Of a DNA stretch of 64,000 bases, positions 1 through 9,710 are shown in pieces. How positions within the stretch are numbered: position 1 is the first letter of the stretch; each line of letters begins with the position of its first letter. The stretch spans positions 480,001 to 544,000 of the forward strand of contig OZ244742.1 in assembly GCA_965219415.1 (NCBI GenBank), read 5' to 3'. Both the position numbers and the translations under genes were made by a program. The stretch comes from Candidatus Marinacidobacterales bacterium. GTDB lineage: Bacteria > Acidobacteriota > Vicinamibacteria > Marinacidobacterales > DATDRI01. Under the pieces are notes generated by a model, which saw nothing but the letters and a program-made list of their open reading frames with translations, ran no database searches and had not been told where the DNA came from.

Positions 1-519
1 CTCGTCGATTCCGGCCCGACTCACTCTGGAGCCGTCCCGATCGGAAACGGCATATGAAAGCGCTCCCCGAACGCCGACTTCGGAGAACGCCTGCCACACG
101 GCATCGAGGCAACCGGGGACCACCGCAGGACTGGAATGGTGATCGACTACCGTGGTAACTCCGGCACGGACGGAGTCCAGCAGTCCTATCAATGTTCCAA
201 GGTAGACGCCCTCCTCGCACAGCGATCGATCCGGTTTCCAGCAAAACGCTTCTTGCATCTCCTGAAAGGTCCGCGGAGGCCCTCCTTTGATCGGCATCCC
301 CCGCGTCAGAGTCCGGCGCAAGTGAGTGTGGGCGTTGATGAGGCCCGGCATTACCATCCGACCACCCACGTCGAGTGTGTCGGAGTCATCGTATCGATCG
401 GCCAACTTGCCGATGCTGCCAAAATCGACGATGATCTTTCCCTCGATGGCGACCAACACACCTTTGACGAACGGTTCAGAGTCCCAGAAGGTAACGAGGT
501 CTGCGTTGTTGAGGATCAC
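1..519 (-). CDS. SsnA-like metal-dependent amidohydrolase, 3' part runs off the window
   Basis: Not in ORF track. Minus-strand translation from GTG at 519 gives MILNNADLVTFWD...GGRMVMPGLINAHTHL...GVTTVVDHHSSP (HxH metal motif). GTG overlaps the TGA of the upstream CoA-transferase. Confidence 0.85.
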   Translation of the reverse strand, partial: MILNNADLVTFWDSEPFVKGVLVAIEGKIIVDFGSIGKLADRYDDSDTLDVGGRMVMPGLINAHTHLRRTLTRGMPIKGGPPRTFQEMQEAFCWKPDRSLCEEGVYLGTLIGLLDSVRAGVTTVVDHHSSPAVVPGCLDAVWQAFSEVGVRGALSYAVSDRDGSRVSRAGIDE

Positions 520-1706
520 GAGCCCAGCGCACCCTCTTCGCGAAGGGCTTCGATTTCCTCCGAACTGAGGTTTAGTTTTTCCGCCAGCACTTCTCCGGTA
601 TGTTGTCCCAACCGGGGAGGCGGGAGCGCCGGGACATCCGGAAGGCCGGACATCTTAATAGGGTTCCCGGTCATTCTCATGCGGCCAACGGTGGGGTGCT
701 CTACCTCGATCAACATCTGCCGATCGACGGCCTGCGGATTCGACAAGGCCTCCGGCACTGAACGCACTCGCCCAACCGGAATTTCCGCAGGCTCGAGCAC
801 ACCCAACCAATGTTGAGTGGAACTGCTGCGGAACATCGGTACCAGGAGTTTTTTGAGCTCGACATAGTTCTCGACGCGAAGCGCGTTGGTCTCGAAACGA
901 GGCTCGTCGAGTTCGGGTCTTCCGACGGCACGACAGAAGGAACGCCAGAGCGAGTCGTTACCCACACCCACTATCACGTAGCCATCGGAGGTCTGGAACG
1001 TTTCGTAGGGAGACAAGGAGGGATGTCTATTTCCCAAACGTTCGGGGACTTCGTCGGTGAGGAGATAGCCTTGCGCCTGGTAGCAAAGCGTCGCCAAAAC
1101 GCTGTCGAACAGGGCGACGTCTATTCTCTGTCCCTTGCCGGTGGTATCGCGTTGGTGAAGGGCGGCGAGGATTCCCTGCGTCGCCATCGTGCCGGTGAAG
1201 ATATCGGCCAAAGAGGCTCCCACCTTGAGAGGTGGACCCTCGGGCTCGCCGGTCAAGCTCATCCATCCGCCTTCTCCCTGCATGACCGCATCGTAACCGG
1301 GCCGCTGCTTGAGTCGTCCGCTGTGCCCGTAACCGGAGATCGAACAATAGATGATCTCCGGGTGGGCCGCCTGGATCGTCTCGTAACTAAACCCCAAACG
1401 GTCTAGCGTTCCCGGCCGGAAGTTTTCCACCAGGATGTCCGCCTTACCTGCGAGTCGATGCAGAAGATCTCGACCGCTGGGTTGCTTGAGATTGATGCAG
1501 AGGCTCTTCTTGTTTCGGTTGACGGCGAGGAAGTAGGCACTCTCCCCTTCAGCAAAGGGCGGTCCCCAACCACGAGAATCGTCGCCGTGAGGAGGCTCGA
1601 CCTTTAACACCTCTGCCCCCAGATCCCCGAGGACCATCGTGCAGTAAGGGCCCGCCAAAATACGCGAGAGGTCGAGAACTGTAATCCCAGCGAGCGGTGC
1701 GCTCAT
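516..1706 (-). CDS. CoA-transferase family III (CaiB/BaiF)
   Basis: PLAGITVLDLSRILAGPYCT, NRNKKSL, ENFRPG, GYD motifs. ATG at 1706 overlaps the permease stop (ATGA). Confidence 0.93.
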   Translation of the reverse strand: MSAPLAGITVLDLSRILAGPYCTMVLGDLGAEVLKVEPPHGDDSRGWGPPFAEGESAYFLAVNRNKKSLCINLKQPSGRDLLHRLAGKADILVENFRPGTLDRLGFSYETIQAAHPEIIYCSISGYGHSGRLKQRPGYDAVMQGEGGWMSLTGEPEGPPLKVGASLADIFTGTMATQGILAALHQRDTTGKGQRIDVALFDSVLATLCYQAQGYLLTDEVPERLGNRHPSLSPYETFQTSDGYVIVGVGNDSLWRSFCRAVGRPELDEPRFETNALRVENYVELKKLLVPMFRSSSTQHWLGVLEPAEIPVGRVRSVPEALSNPQAVDRQMLIEVEHPTVGRMRMTGNPIKMSGLPDVPALPPPRLGQHTGEVLAEKLNLSSEEIEALREEGALGS

Positions 1707-3183
1707 TCGACGTCCTGGCTTCTCTGCGGCACGGTAGAAAGGTCGACCCGCGGCACCGCAGGCATGGACATGTAATAGATGATCGCTGCCACGCCGAAGC
1801 CAACAAACCACGAATAGTCGTACAGCAATCTCAGGCTTGGGAAAACTAGTCCCGCCATCGCCGCCAGGATCCCAGCAACCAGAGCCCCCACCGCCCTCCG
1901 ATTGAAACCGTGACTATACTCGTACATCCCGCCGCGGCGATACAGATCGTAAAGGGAGAGGTTCTGCTTTCGGATCAAGAAATAGTCCACGATGAAGATG
2001 CCCGCGATGGGCCCGAGAAAGCCCGAATAACCCACCAACCACCCGAAGATGTAGGTGCCATAGTCGGCCAAGAGTTTCCAGGGCATCATCAGGATGCCGA
2101 TGACGCCGGTCAGAATTCCCCCGCGAGCGAAAGTCATTTTTTCCGGCCATAAATTAGCGAAACCGTTCGCCGGCGCGACGACGTTCGCCGCCACGTTGGT
2201 GGAGAGCGTCGTTACCGCCAACGCAACCATCGCCACCGCAACCAAGACGGGACTCCCCAAGCGTGAAACCAACTCCACCGGATCCCAAATCGCTTCGCCG
2301 AAGATGATGACCGTGGCCGAGGTGACAGCGACTCCGATGAACGAATACAGGGCCATGGTCGGTGGAAGCCCCAATGCCTGCCCCACCATCTGCTCCCTTT
2401 GCCCTCGCGCGAATCGGGTCAAGTCCGGGATATTGAGAGCGAGCGTCGCCCAGAAGCCAACCATCGCAGTGAGCAAAGGAATGAAGAACCGGAAGAACTC
2501 GGCGGACGACTGAAAGCTGCTAGGCCGAGCCAGCGTCGGACCCAGGCCCCCCCCCGCGTCATCGCCCAGAACAGCAGTGCGAGTCCGGCGATAATCAAGA
2601 AGGGGGCAGCCCAGCCCTCCAACTTCCGAATACTCTCTGGACCACGGACGATCACGTAAATATTGATGAGCCAGAAGGCCATGAAACAGATAGCGGGGCC
2701 GAATGGGAAGCTCGACCAAGCGGGCCAGACAACGTTGATGGTCGCGTTGATGGCGGAGCCCCCAATCCACGTCTGAATCCCAAACCAGCCGCATGCTACG
2801 AACGAGCGAAGGAGAGCCGGTATATTCGACCCGAGAACTCCGAACGAGACGCGCGCCAGAACGGGAAAAGGAATTCCGAACTTGGTCCCGGCGTGCGCGT
2901 TCAAGATCATGGGTACCAGGACGATCAGATTACCTAGAGTAATGGTGAGGATCGCCTGCCACCAATTCATACCCCCTTCGATAAGCCCAGCGGCAAGCAT
3001 ATAAGTCGGGATGTTCACCGAAAGGCCGACCCACAAAGCGGCGACGTCGTAAGTTCCCCACGTACGCTCGGCGACCTTGGTGGGTGCCAAATCCTTGTTG
3101 TAGAGCCGGGGATCCAACGAGTCGACGTCGAGCTCGTAGAGCCCTCGTCGGCTTCGAGACATCTTTCGGAGAGAGTCTTGCAT
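1703..3183 (-). pseudogene. NCS1 nucleobase:cation symporter (uracil/allantoin/cytosine type), frameshifted
   Basis: ORFs 2419-3246 (LYNKDLAP, GIPFPVLARVSFG) and 1703-2794 (WATLALNIPD, NVAANVVAP) join at a G9 run (C 2547-2555). May be a sequencing error. Confidence 0.85.
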
Positions 3184-3354
3184 CTTCAATTTCCGGAACG
3201 AGATATGGAGCGGATGATAAGGAATGCTTTCGCAGGTTGTCAACAAGACGGTGTTGACCTACGAGCCGAGTTGAGAAAGACTGAAGCCTCGCCACGGCCC
3301 TCCAACTGCGTACGGGGGCGGTTCCAATAACAAACGCTTTCAAAAGAGGTAGCA

Positions 3355-4359
3355 ATGAACAAGCGACGCCTGGACTTTGGAATCACGTTCAAGGGCGACA
3401 TGTCGCCGGAGCGAACGGTCGCCCTAACCAAGATGGCCGAAGAAGCCGGCTTCAAGCACGTGTGGGCTTTCGATTCGCACGTCCTTTGGAAAGATCCCTA
3501 TCCGATTCTTGCTCTGTTGGCCACCAACACCAGCAAGGTCCGACTCGGAACGATGGTGACCAACCCGGCAGTCCGAGATCTCACCGTGACCGCGAGTCTG
3601 TTTGCCACGCTGAACCTCATCTCGGAGGGCCGCATGGATATGGGCATCGGTCGCGGCGATAGCTCGCGCCGGGTTCTGGGGCACCGCCCCACGACCGTAG
3701 CTGGCCTGAGGAAAGCCGTGCAGGTCATCCGTGACCTCGCATCCGGCAAAGAAGTCGAGCACCACGGACAACCGGTCCAGCTCAAGTGGGCTTCGGGAGA
3801 TCTTCCGGTTTGGGTTGCCGGTTACGGGCCGAAGGTACTCGCCATGACCGGCGAAGTCGCGGAGGGCTTGATCCTCCAGATCGCCGACCCGTTTCTCATT
3901 CGCTGGTTCGCCGGCGTTACGCGAGGGAGTGCTCAAAAAACCGGAAGAAAGGCCAACGACGTCAAAGTCCTAGCTGCGGCACCGGTTTGGATCGCAGACG
4001 ACCTAAGGAAGGCTCGAGCCCAAGTTCGTTGGTTCCCGGCCATGGTCGGCAACCACGTAGCGGACCTAGTCGAGCGGTACCATCAGGGTGAGCTACCCAA
4101 GGAGCTCACGGACTACATCGAAGGACGAAAGGGGTACGACTACCAAGAGCACGCCGATAAAGACGCGGATCACTTAGGCTTTATCACCGACGAGATCATC
4201 GACCGCTTTACTATCGTGGGTCCCGCTGAGGCGCATCGGCAAAAATTAGAGCAACTGATCGAGGCGGGCGCCGATCAGTTCAACGTCTATCTGATGAGCG
4301 GAAACGAAGAGAGCCAGTTGGAACTCTACGGAAAAGAAATCGTGCCCGCCTTCCAGTGA
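3355..4359 (+). CDS. LLM-class (putatively F420-dependent) oxidoreductase, TIGR03842-like
   Basis: DFGITFK, FDSHVLWKDPY, MVTNP, GIGRGDSS, WFPAMVGNHVAD. Pyrimidine-catabolic neighbourhood is typical of this subfamily. Confidence 0.85.
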   Translation: MNKRRLDFGITFKGDMSPERTVALTKMAEEAGFKHVWAFDSHVLWKDPYPILALLATNTSKVRLGTMVTNPAVRDLTVTASLFATLNLISEGRMDMGIGRGDSSRRVLGHRPTTVAGLRKAVQVIRDLASGKEVEHHGQPVQLKWASGDLPVWVAGYGPKVLAMTGEVAEGLILQIADPFLIRWFAGVTRGSAQKTGRKANDVKVLAAAPVWIADDLRKARAQVRWFPAMVGNHVADLVERYHQGELPKELTDYIEGRKGYDYQEHADKDADHLGFITDEIIDRFTIVGPAEAHRQKLEQLIEAGADQFNVYLMSGNEESQLELYGKEIVPAFQ

Positions 4360-4416
4360 TCAGTAACCAGTACTCAGTTATCAGTTTCCGCAATCCACTG
4401 TTCACCGATTACTCAC
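4354..4416. repeat. Heptamer tandem repeat with inverted half between convergent genes (possible bidirectional terminator)
   Basis: CAGTGAT CAGTAAC CAGTACT CAGTTAT CAGTTTC, then CACTGTT CACCGAT. Confidence 0.6.
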
Positions 4417-5741
4417 TACTTTCCCGGCTCGATACCTGCCAGCGCACTATCGAGCATACGTAATGCTTCGTCCACGTCCCCCTTGGTCACGTTCAGGGCG
4501 GGGCTGATCCGAATCACGTTCCCATAGAGTCCACCCTTGCCGATGATCAGTCCCTCGGCCCGCGTGTTCTCCAAAAGGGCGGCGGTGGCTCGGGGAGCTG
4601 GCGCCTTCCCTTCGCCGACAAGCTCTAGAGCCTGCATCAAACCCTTGCCGCGAACATCACCGATCACGGGGTGCTTACTGGCCAGGGCCTCCAGACTTTC
4701 GCGGAGGTGATCGCCGACGACGCGCGCGTTTTCCTTGAGATTGTCCCTCTCGATGATGTCGATCACCGCACGTGCGGCGCTCATGCTAACGGGGTTGCCG
4801 CCGAAGGTGGAAATCGTGCTCCCCTTGATACTATCCGCGATCTCCGGCGTGGTGATGGTAGCACCGACAGGCGCACCGTTCGCCATACCCTTGGCGAATG
4901 TCATTATCTCTGGCTCGACTCCCCAATGCTCGATCCCGAACCAGTGATCGCCGGTCCGTCCCCAGCCAGTCTGCACTTCATCGCAAATGAACACACCACC
5001 GTATTTCCGGACGATATCGACGACGATCTTGAAGTACTCGGGCGGCGGTGTGATGAAACCACCCACACCTTGAATAGGTTCGGCGATGAATGCCGCCACC
5101 TTACCCGAAGTCGTCGTCTGGATCGCTTCCTCCACGTCGGTCGCACAACGCAGCTCGCAACTGGGGTAGGTCAGCCCGAACGGGCACCGATAGCAGTACG
5201 CATTGGCCACGTGCTTGATTCCGGCAACGTGAGTTCCGCCCAAGCGCCAGCTCGACTGCCCCGTCACCGACATGGCCAGGGAGGAGCGCCCGCTATAGCT
5301 GTGCCGCAGCGCAACGACCTCACCCGAACCGGTGTAGAGCTGAGACAGCAAAAGGGCGGTCTCGTTGGCCTCCGTTCCCGAGTTGGTGAAGACAGTCTGT
5401 TGCAGATCGCCGGGAGTGATTTGGGCGAGCTTCTCGGCTACCGCCACCATCGGCTCTGTGGGATAGAGAGTGGAAGCGTGTTGCAGCGTGTCCACCTGTT
5501 CCTTGACCTGGGCGTTGACCTCCGGGTGGCAATGTCCGAGGCTCACAGTGAGGATTCCGCCAAAGAAATCCAAATACTCTCGCCCGTCGGCATCGTACAA
5601 GTGCTTTCCCTCGCCTCTTACCAAGGGCATCGGGTTCGAGTAATAGTTTGCGACGGAGGGAAAAATGTACTGCCGATGCTTGGAGACGATTTCTTCGCCG
5701 CTCAGTCGGCTGGTGGGAATCCGTTTCGTAGGAGTGCTCAT
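4416..5741 (-). CDS. Class III PLP aminotransferase (beta-alanine/AGXT2-like)
   Basis: YLDFFGG, NSGTEANE, EPIQGVGG, DEVQTGWGRTG, FAKG. Confidence 0.92.
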   Translation of the reverse strand: MSTPTKRIPTSRLSGEEIVSKHRQYIFPSVANYYSNPMPLVRGEGKHLYDADGREYLDFFGGILTVSLGHCHPEVNAQVKEQVDTLQHASTLYPTEPMVAVAEKLAQITPGDLQQTVFTNSGTEANETALLLSQLYTGSGEVVALRHSYSGRSSLAMSVTGQSSWRLGGTHVAGIKHVANAYCYRCPFGLTYPSCELRCATDVEEAIQTTTSGKVAAFIAEPIQGVGGFITPPPEYFKIVVDIVRKYGGVFICDEVQTGWGRTGDHWFGIEHWGVEPEIMTFAKGMANGAPVGATITTPEIADSIKGSTISTFGGNPVSMSAARAVIDIIERDNLKENARVVGDHLRESLEALASKHPVIGDVRGKGLMQALELVGEGKAPAPRATAALLENTRAEGLIIGKGGLYGNVIRISPALNVTKGDVDEALRMLDSALAGIEPGK

Positions 5742-5742
5742 A

Positions 5743-6612
5743 TTACACCTGCGTCATCTCGTTGTAAGTTTCAGGACGACGATCCCGGAAGAACTGCCAG
5801 GTGTGCCGAACCTCTTCGATCCGGTCCAAATCGATGTCGGCTACTACCACCTCGTCCTTGTCGCGGCTCCCTTCGGCGATGATCTGGCCCCGCGGGTCGC
5901 AGAAGTAGCTAGAGCCGTAGAATTCACCAATATCCCAAGGTTGTTCGTGACCGACGCGGTTGATCGCGCCGATCCAATACTGATTGGCGGCAGCATGGGC
6001 GGGTTGTTCGAGTCGCCACAAATGCTCCGATAACCCGGCCACCGTGGCAGAAGGATTGAAAACGATCTCCGCCCCATTGAGCCCTAGGATGCGAGCCCCC
6101 TCGGGGAAATGGCGATCATAGCAAATGTAGACGCCGACCTTCGCAAAGGCCGTTTCGAAAACGGGATAACCCAAGTTGCCCGGCTTGAAGTAGAACTTCT
6201 CCCAGAAACCGGGATCGCAGTGAGGGATGTGGTGCTTCCTGTATTTCCCAAGGTATTTGCCATCGGCGTCGATGACTGCGGCAGTGTTGTAATAAACACC
6301 GGTCATGTGCTCCTCGTAGACAGGAACCACCATGACCATGCCGTGCTTCTTCGCCTGCTCCTGCATTAGCTTGGTGGCCGGACCGTTGGGAACAGGCTCC
6401 ACCAACTCGTACCACCGCGAATTCTGTTCTGCGCAAAAGTACGGTCCGTAGAAGAGCTCTTGCAGACACAACAGTTGGACTCCCTTGCCGGCTGCTTCAT
6501 CGATGAGGCCAAGGTGTTTTTCCACCATCGCCTTCTTGATCTTGTCGATTGGATCATTCCCTGATCCACGTGTAGATGCTTGAATGAGTCCGCCCCGTAC
6601 GATACGAGCCAT
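5743..6612 (-). CDS. Nitrilase-family C-N hydrolase, probable beta-ureidopropionase
   Basis: LQELF, YRKHHIP, FWEKFYF, ICYDRHFPE (E-K-C triad), WQFFRDRRP. Confidence 0.9.
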   Translation of the reverse strand: MARIVRGGLIQASTRGSGNDPIDKIKKAMVEKHLGLIDEAAGKGVQLLCLQELFYGPYFCAEQNSRWYELVEPVPNGPATKLMQEQAKKHGMVMVVPVYEEHMTGVYYNTAAVIDADGKYLGKYRKHHIPHCDPGFWEKFYFKPGNLGYPVFETAFAKVGVYICYDRHFPEGARILGLNGAEIVFNPSATVAGLSEHLWRLEQPAHAAANQYWIGAINRVGHEQPWDIGEFYGSSYFCDPRGQIIAEGSRDKDEVVVADIDLDRIEEVRHTWQFFRDRRPETYNEMTQV

Positions 6613-6905
6613 GCCGATCTCCTTCTTGCTTAGTGCGAACGCTCCGGCCGAGGCCCGAGCTAGAATCTCCAGTAGCGGGAATCTCTTTAATAAGGGTTAG
6701 GTATCACCTCAGGAGAATCCCTGCTTTCGCAGAAGGTTACCACCGGGCTTGAGAAAACGCTAGCTTCTATCAGTTCGTTGGGGCCCCACCCCCGACGATC
6801 GCGCTCCGCCGGCTTCGCAGCTGCGGGCTCAGGGCTGTCCAGCCGCGCTCACCTGTTCGCGGCTCAAGCCTAGCCCTGCTGGATATATTCCCGAGGCCGT
6901 TGGAT

Positions 6906-7937
6906 CTATTCCTGACGTCCCAGGACTATGACGACGTCCCCTGCCTCGAGACGCGTCTCCGGACCCGGGTTATGGGTCGGGGCATCACCCCCACTGCGGT
7001 GGCGCACCGACATTACGATGAGTCCCGTTCGCTGAGGAATCTTGGCCTCGGCAAGTGAGAGCCCGGCCAATGACGAGCTCTCCGGTATGTCCGTTTCCTC
7101 CAAACGAAGGGCCATCTCGTCGGCGCCGGTCGTCGCCACATCGAGGTAGCTCACCACGGAAGGCCGCAGAAGCATGGAAGCAATGCGCAAACCACCGGTC
7201 ACAATCGGTGACATCACATGGTCGGCTCCCGCTCGCCGGAGCTTGTCCAAGGACTCTTGGTAGGCGGCTCTCGCCACAATGGTCATGTCGGATCGCATCC
7301 CGCGGGCCGTGAGGCACAACAGCAAGTTGTCGGCGTCGTCGGTAAGACAAGCGGCCAGGCCACTCGCCCGCTCCACGCCGGCTTCGGTCAAGGTGTGCTC
7401 CTTGGTCGCGTCGTCGGCAATGAGAAGGACGCCTGGATATTGCTCCAAAATCGCCGCGCCTCTCGCGGCGTCTCGCTCGATGACGAGGAAGGGTTTGTTC
7501 GACGTGTACATCTCCTCAACGACGACCCTTCCCATCCGCCCCCCACCGCAAACGATGAAATGGGTCTTCAGCTCCGAGATTTTTCTCATGATTCGACGCC
7601 TCCGCAGCAGCCCACCTAGATCGAGCTCAACGATGAGAGCAGTAGTGAGACCCCACCAGATCCCGAGTCCGGTGACGGCAAAGAAAATCAGCAACACCGT
7701 AAACGCTCGCCCACCCGGAGAGAGGGGCTCGACTTCCATGAATCCGACGGAGCTCACCGTGGTCACTGCCATGTAGAACGAGCTGAACCAGTCCCACCCC
7801 TCGATAGTTCGGTACCCCAACGTCCCCACCAGAAGAATGGCGAGGAAGTAGCCGCCGGCCCAAGCGAAACGCCTTCGGAAGGGCCCCAGGGCCTCGCTCA
7901 ACAGAGACGGTCGCTTAGTTTGACGGCCGTACGACAC
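6906..7937 (-). CDS. Potassium channel protein with TrkA-N/TrkA-C (RCK) domains; last ~12 codons lost to a premature TAG
   Basis: TTVSSVGF pore, CGGGRMG Rossmann motif, TrkA-C. Frame continues IQRPREYIQQG to a TAG at 6870-6872. Confidence 0.88.
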   Translation of the reverse strand: MSYGRQTKRPSLLSEALGPFRRRFAWAGGYFLAILLVGTLGYRTIEGWDWFSSFYMAVTTVSSVGFMEVEPLSPGGRAFTVLLIFFAVTGLGIWWGLTTALIVELDLGGLLRRRRIMRKISELKTHFIVCGGGRMGRVVVEEMYTSNKPFLVIERDAARGAAILEQYPGVLLIADDATKEHTLTEAGVERASGLAACLTDDADNLLLCLTARGMRSDMTIVARAAYQESLDKLRRAGADHVMSPIVTGGLRIASMLLRPSVVSYLDVATTGADEMALRLEETDIPESSSLAGLSLAEAKIPQRTGLIVMSVRHRSGGDAPTHNPGPETRLEAGDVVIVLGRQE

Positions 7938-7986
7938 CGTTAGATCCGTTGCGGGGGTGAAGCTTCACGCGTGGGAGAGGCCCCGC

Positions 7987-8748
7987 CTACTTGCTGTAGC
8001 GAAGCGCGACTGCGGTGATGTTGTCTTTCCCGCCGTTCTCGTTGGCGGCGGCTATGAGCCCCTGGACCGCGTCCTCGAGGTTGTCCTGCTTGGTTGTCAG
8101 AAGCTCGGCGATTCCCGCGTGGTTCAGCATTCCATGAAGCCCGTCGGTGCAAAGAAGGTAGAGGTCGCCATCTTGCAGGGTTTCCTCGTGTACGGTTAAG
8201 TCGATGTTTTGCTTTGCGCCCACAGCTTTGGTGATGATGTTTTTCATCGGATGATTCTCCGCTTCGTCTGCCTGGAGCAGCCCTTCGCTCAAGGCTACCT
8301 GCACCCACGAGTCGTCGACGGTAATCTGGTGCAAAGCGTCTCCGCGGAATCGGTAAGCCCGGCTATCACCGGCCCCACAGAGGATCAAACTCTCGTCTTC
8401 CGCGAGCCCCCCGACGATGGTGGTCCCCATGCCGGTATAGTCGTCGCGATTGTCGGCCTCTTTCCATACACGTTTGTTCGCGAGCATGATGGCCGTTCGG
8501 AGACGGTTCGCGTTGATGGAAATCGCGGGGTCCACTCCATACGGCCACGTGATCTCTTCGTCATGACCGGAGCGCCCGACGAAATTGGAGACCGTCTCAA
8601 CCGCCAATTGGGAAGCGACCTCGCCGGCGTTGTGTCCCCCCATGCCGTCGGCGACGACGTAGAGGCCGGCTTTATCATCGATGAGCATGGCGTCTTCATT
8701 CGGCTGTCGACGCTTGCCGATATCGGTTACTCCAAAGCTTTCGATCAT
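7987..8748 (-). CDS. PP2C/Stp1-type Ser/Thr protein phosphatase
   Basis: NEDA, VADGMGGH, GDSRAY, CTDGL, GGKDNIT. Confidence 0.95.
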   Translation of the reverse strand: MIESFGVTDIGKRRQPNEDAMLIDDKAGLYVVADGMGGHNAGEVASQLAVETVSNFVGRSGHDEEITWPYGVDPAISINANRLRTAIMLANKRVWKEADNRDDYTGMGTTIVGGLAEDESLILCGAGDSRAYRFRGDALHQITVDDSWVQVALSEGLLQADEAENHPMKNIITKAVGAKQNIDLTVHEETLQDGDLYLLCTDGLHGMLNHAGIAELLTTKQDNLEDAVQGLIAAANENGGKDNITAVALRYSK

Positions 8749-8949
8749 GGGCCTACTTGCCTACGATCGCCTCGACCGCCCCTAACGACTCGCTTTCGAC
8801 GGTGCGTTGGGCTGCAGTAACGTTGTGCAAAGGTAGCAGATGAAACTAGTTTATCATTGCCGATCGGGGCCATCAAACTCCTTTCTATCACATTTGACAG
8901 GACTTCGACCCGCTCCTTACAATAGTTAGCGCAACCCAACGATGCGTCC

Positions 8950-9695
8950 ATGGCGCGCTACCGTATCCTTATCATCGAGCCGAATCCCGACCTGAGCGGT
9001 GTCCTCCAGGAGCACCTCGCCAAGTCTGCCTCGCCAAGTCTGACTTCGACGTCGCGGCCATTCCAGACGCTCGGGACGGACTCTCCGCCGTTCGCAGGGA
9101 GACGCCCGACCTGGTGCTTTGTGAGGACGATCTCCCTGAAATGGACGGACTCGCTTTCGGAAAGGCGTTTCGGGCGGCACCCGGATTCGACAACCTCCCA
9201 CTGATCTTGGTGTCCGGCAACTCCACTCCCGAGCACCGGCTCGCGTGTCTAGACGCGGGTGCCGACGATTACCTGCTCAAACCCTTCAGCATGAAGGAGC
9301 CCGTCCGGCGTTGCCGTACCCAAATCGACGTTCATCGGCGGAACGAGCAAGGAGAGCTGTCCGGAGATCTCCGTCACTTCAAGACCACCGATATCCTCCA
9401 AATGCTAGAAGCGAACCAGGCCACCGGGGTGCTACACATCGACACCGAGGTGGCGAGTGGTGAGATCCACCTGCTCGACGGCTACATCTGCGGTGGATTC
9501 ACCGGCCAGCATCAAGGAGAAGAGGCCGTCTATCGGCTCATCCCGCTGCGCCGGGGCCGCTTTACCTTCGTGCACTCGAACATACGCTCCAACATCCAAT
9601 CGGTCCGCTCGACAACTGAGTTCATGATGGAGGCGCTCCGCCGGCACGACGAGCAGGAGCGTCAACCGGCCCCCAGTCGAGACCGTACCAACTAG
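8950..9695 (+). pseudogene. Atypical response regulator receiver + DUF4388-like domain, frameshifted by a 14-bp duplication
   Basis: MARYRILIIEPN...; CCTCGCCAAGTCTG occurs twice (9015-9042); GADDYLLKPF; LSGDLRHFKTTDILQML. Confidence 0.85.
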
Positions 9696-9710
9696 TTTCC
9701 CACCCTAGTC

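Noticed and set aside
136-816. 226-aa plus-strand ORF
   Set aside because: Antisense shadow of the amidohydrolase and CoA-transferase genes; no motifs.
4671-5882. 403-aa plus-strand ORF, and similar long antisense ORFs (e.g. 32878-33729, 43770-44540)
   Set aside because: Shadows of well-supported opposite-strand genes, expected in GC-rich DNA.
6775-6880. GC-rich palindromic tracts here and at about 49150-49205 and 52215-52270 as possible ncRNAs or one repeat family
   Set aside because: No clear shared sequence and no recognisable RNA family; probably terminators or isolated palindromes.
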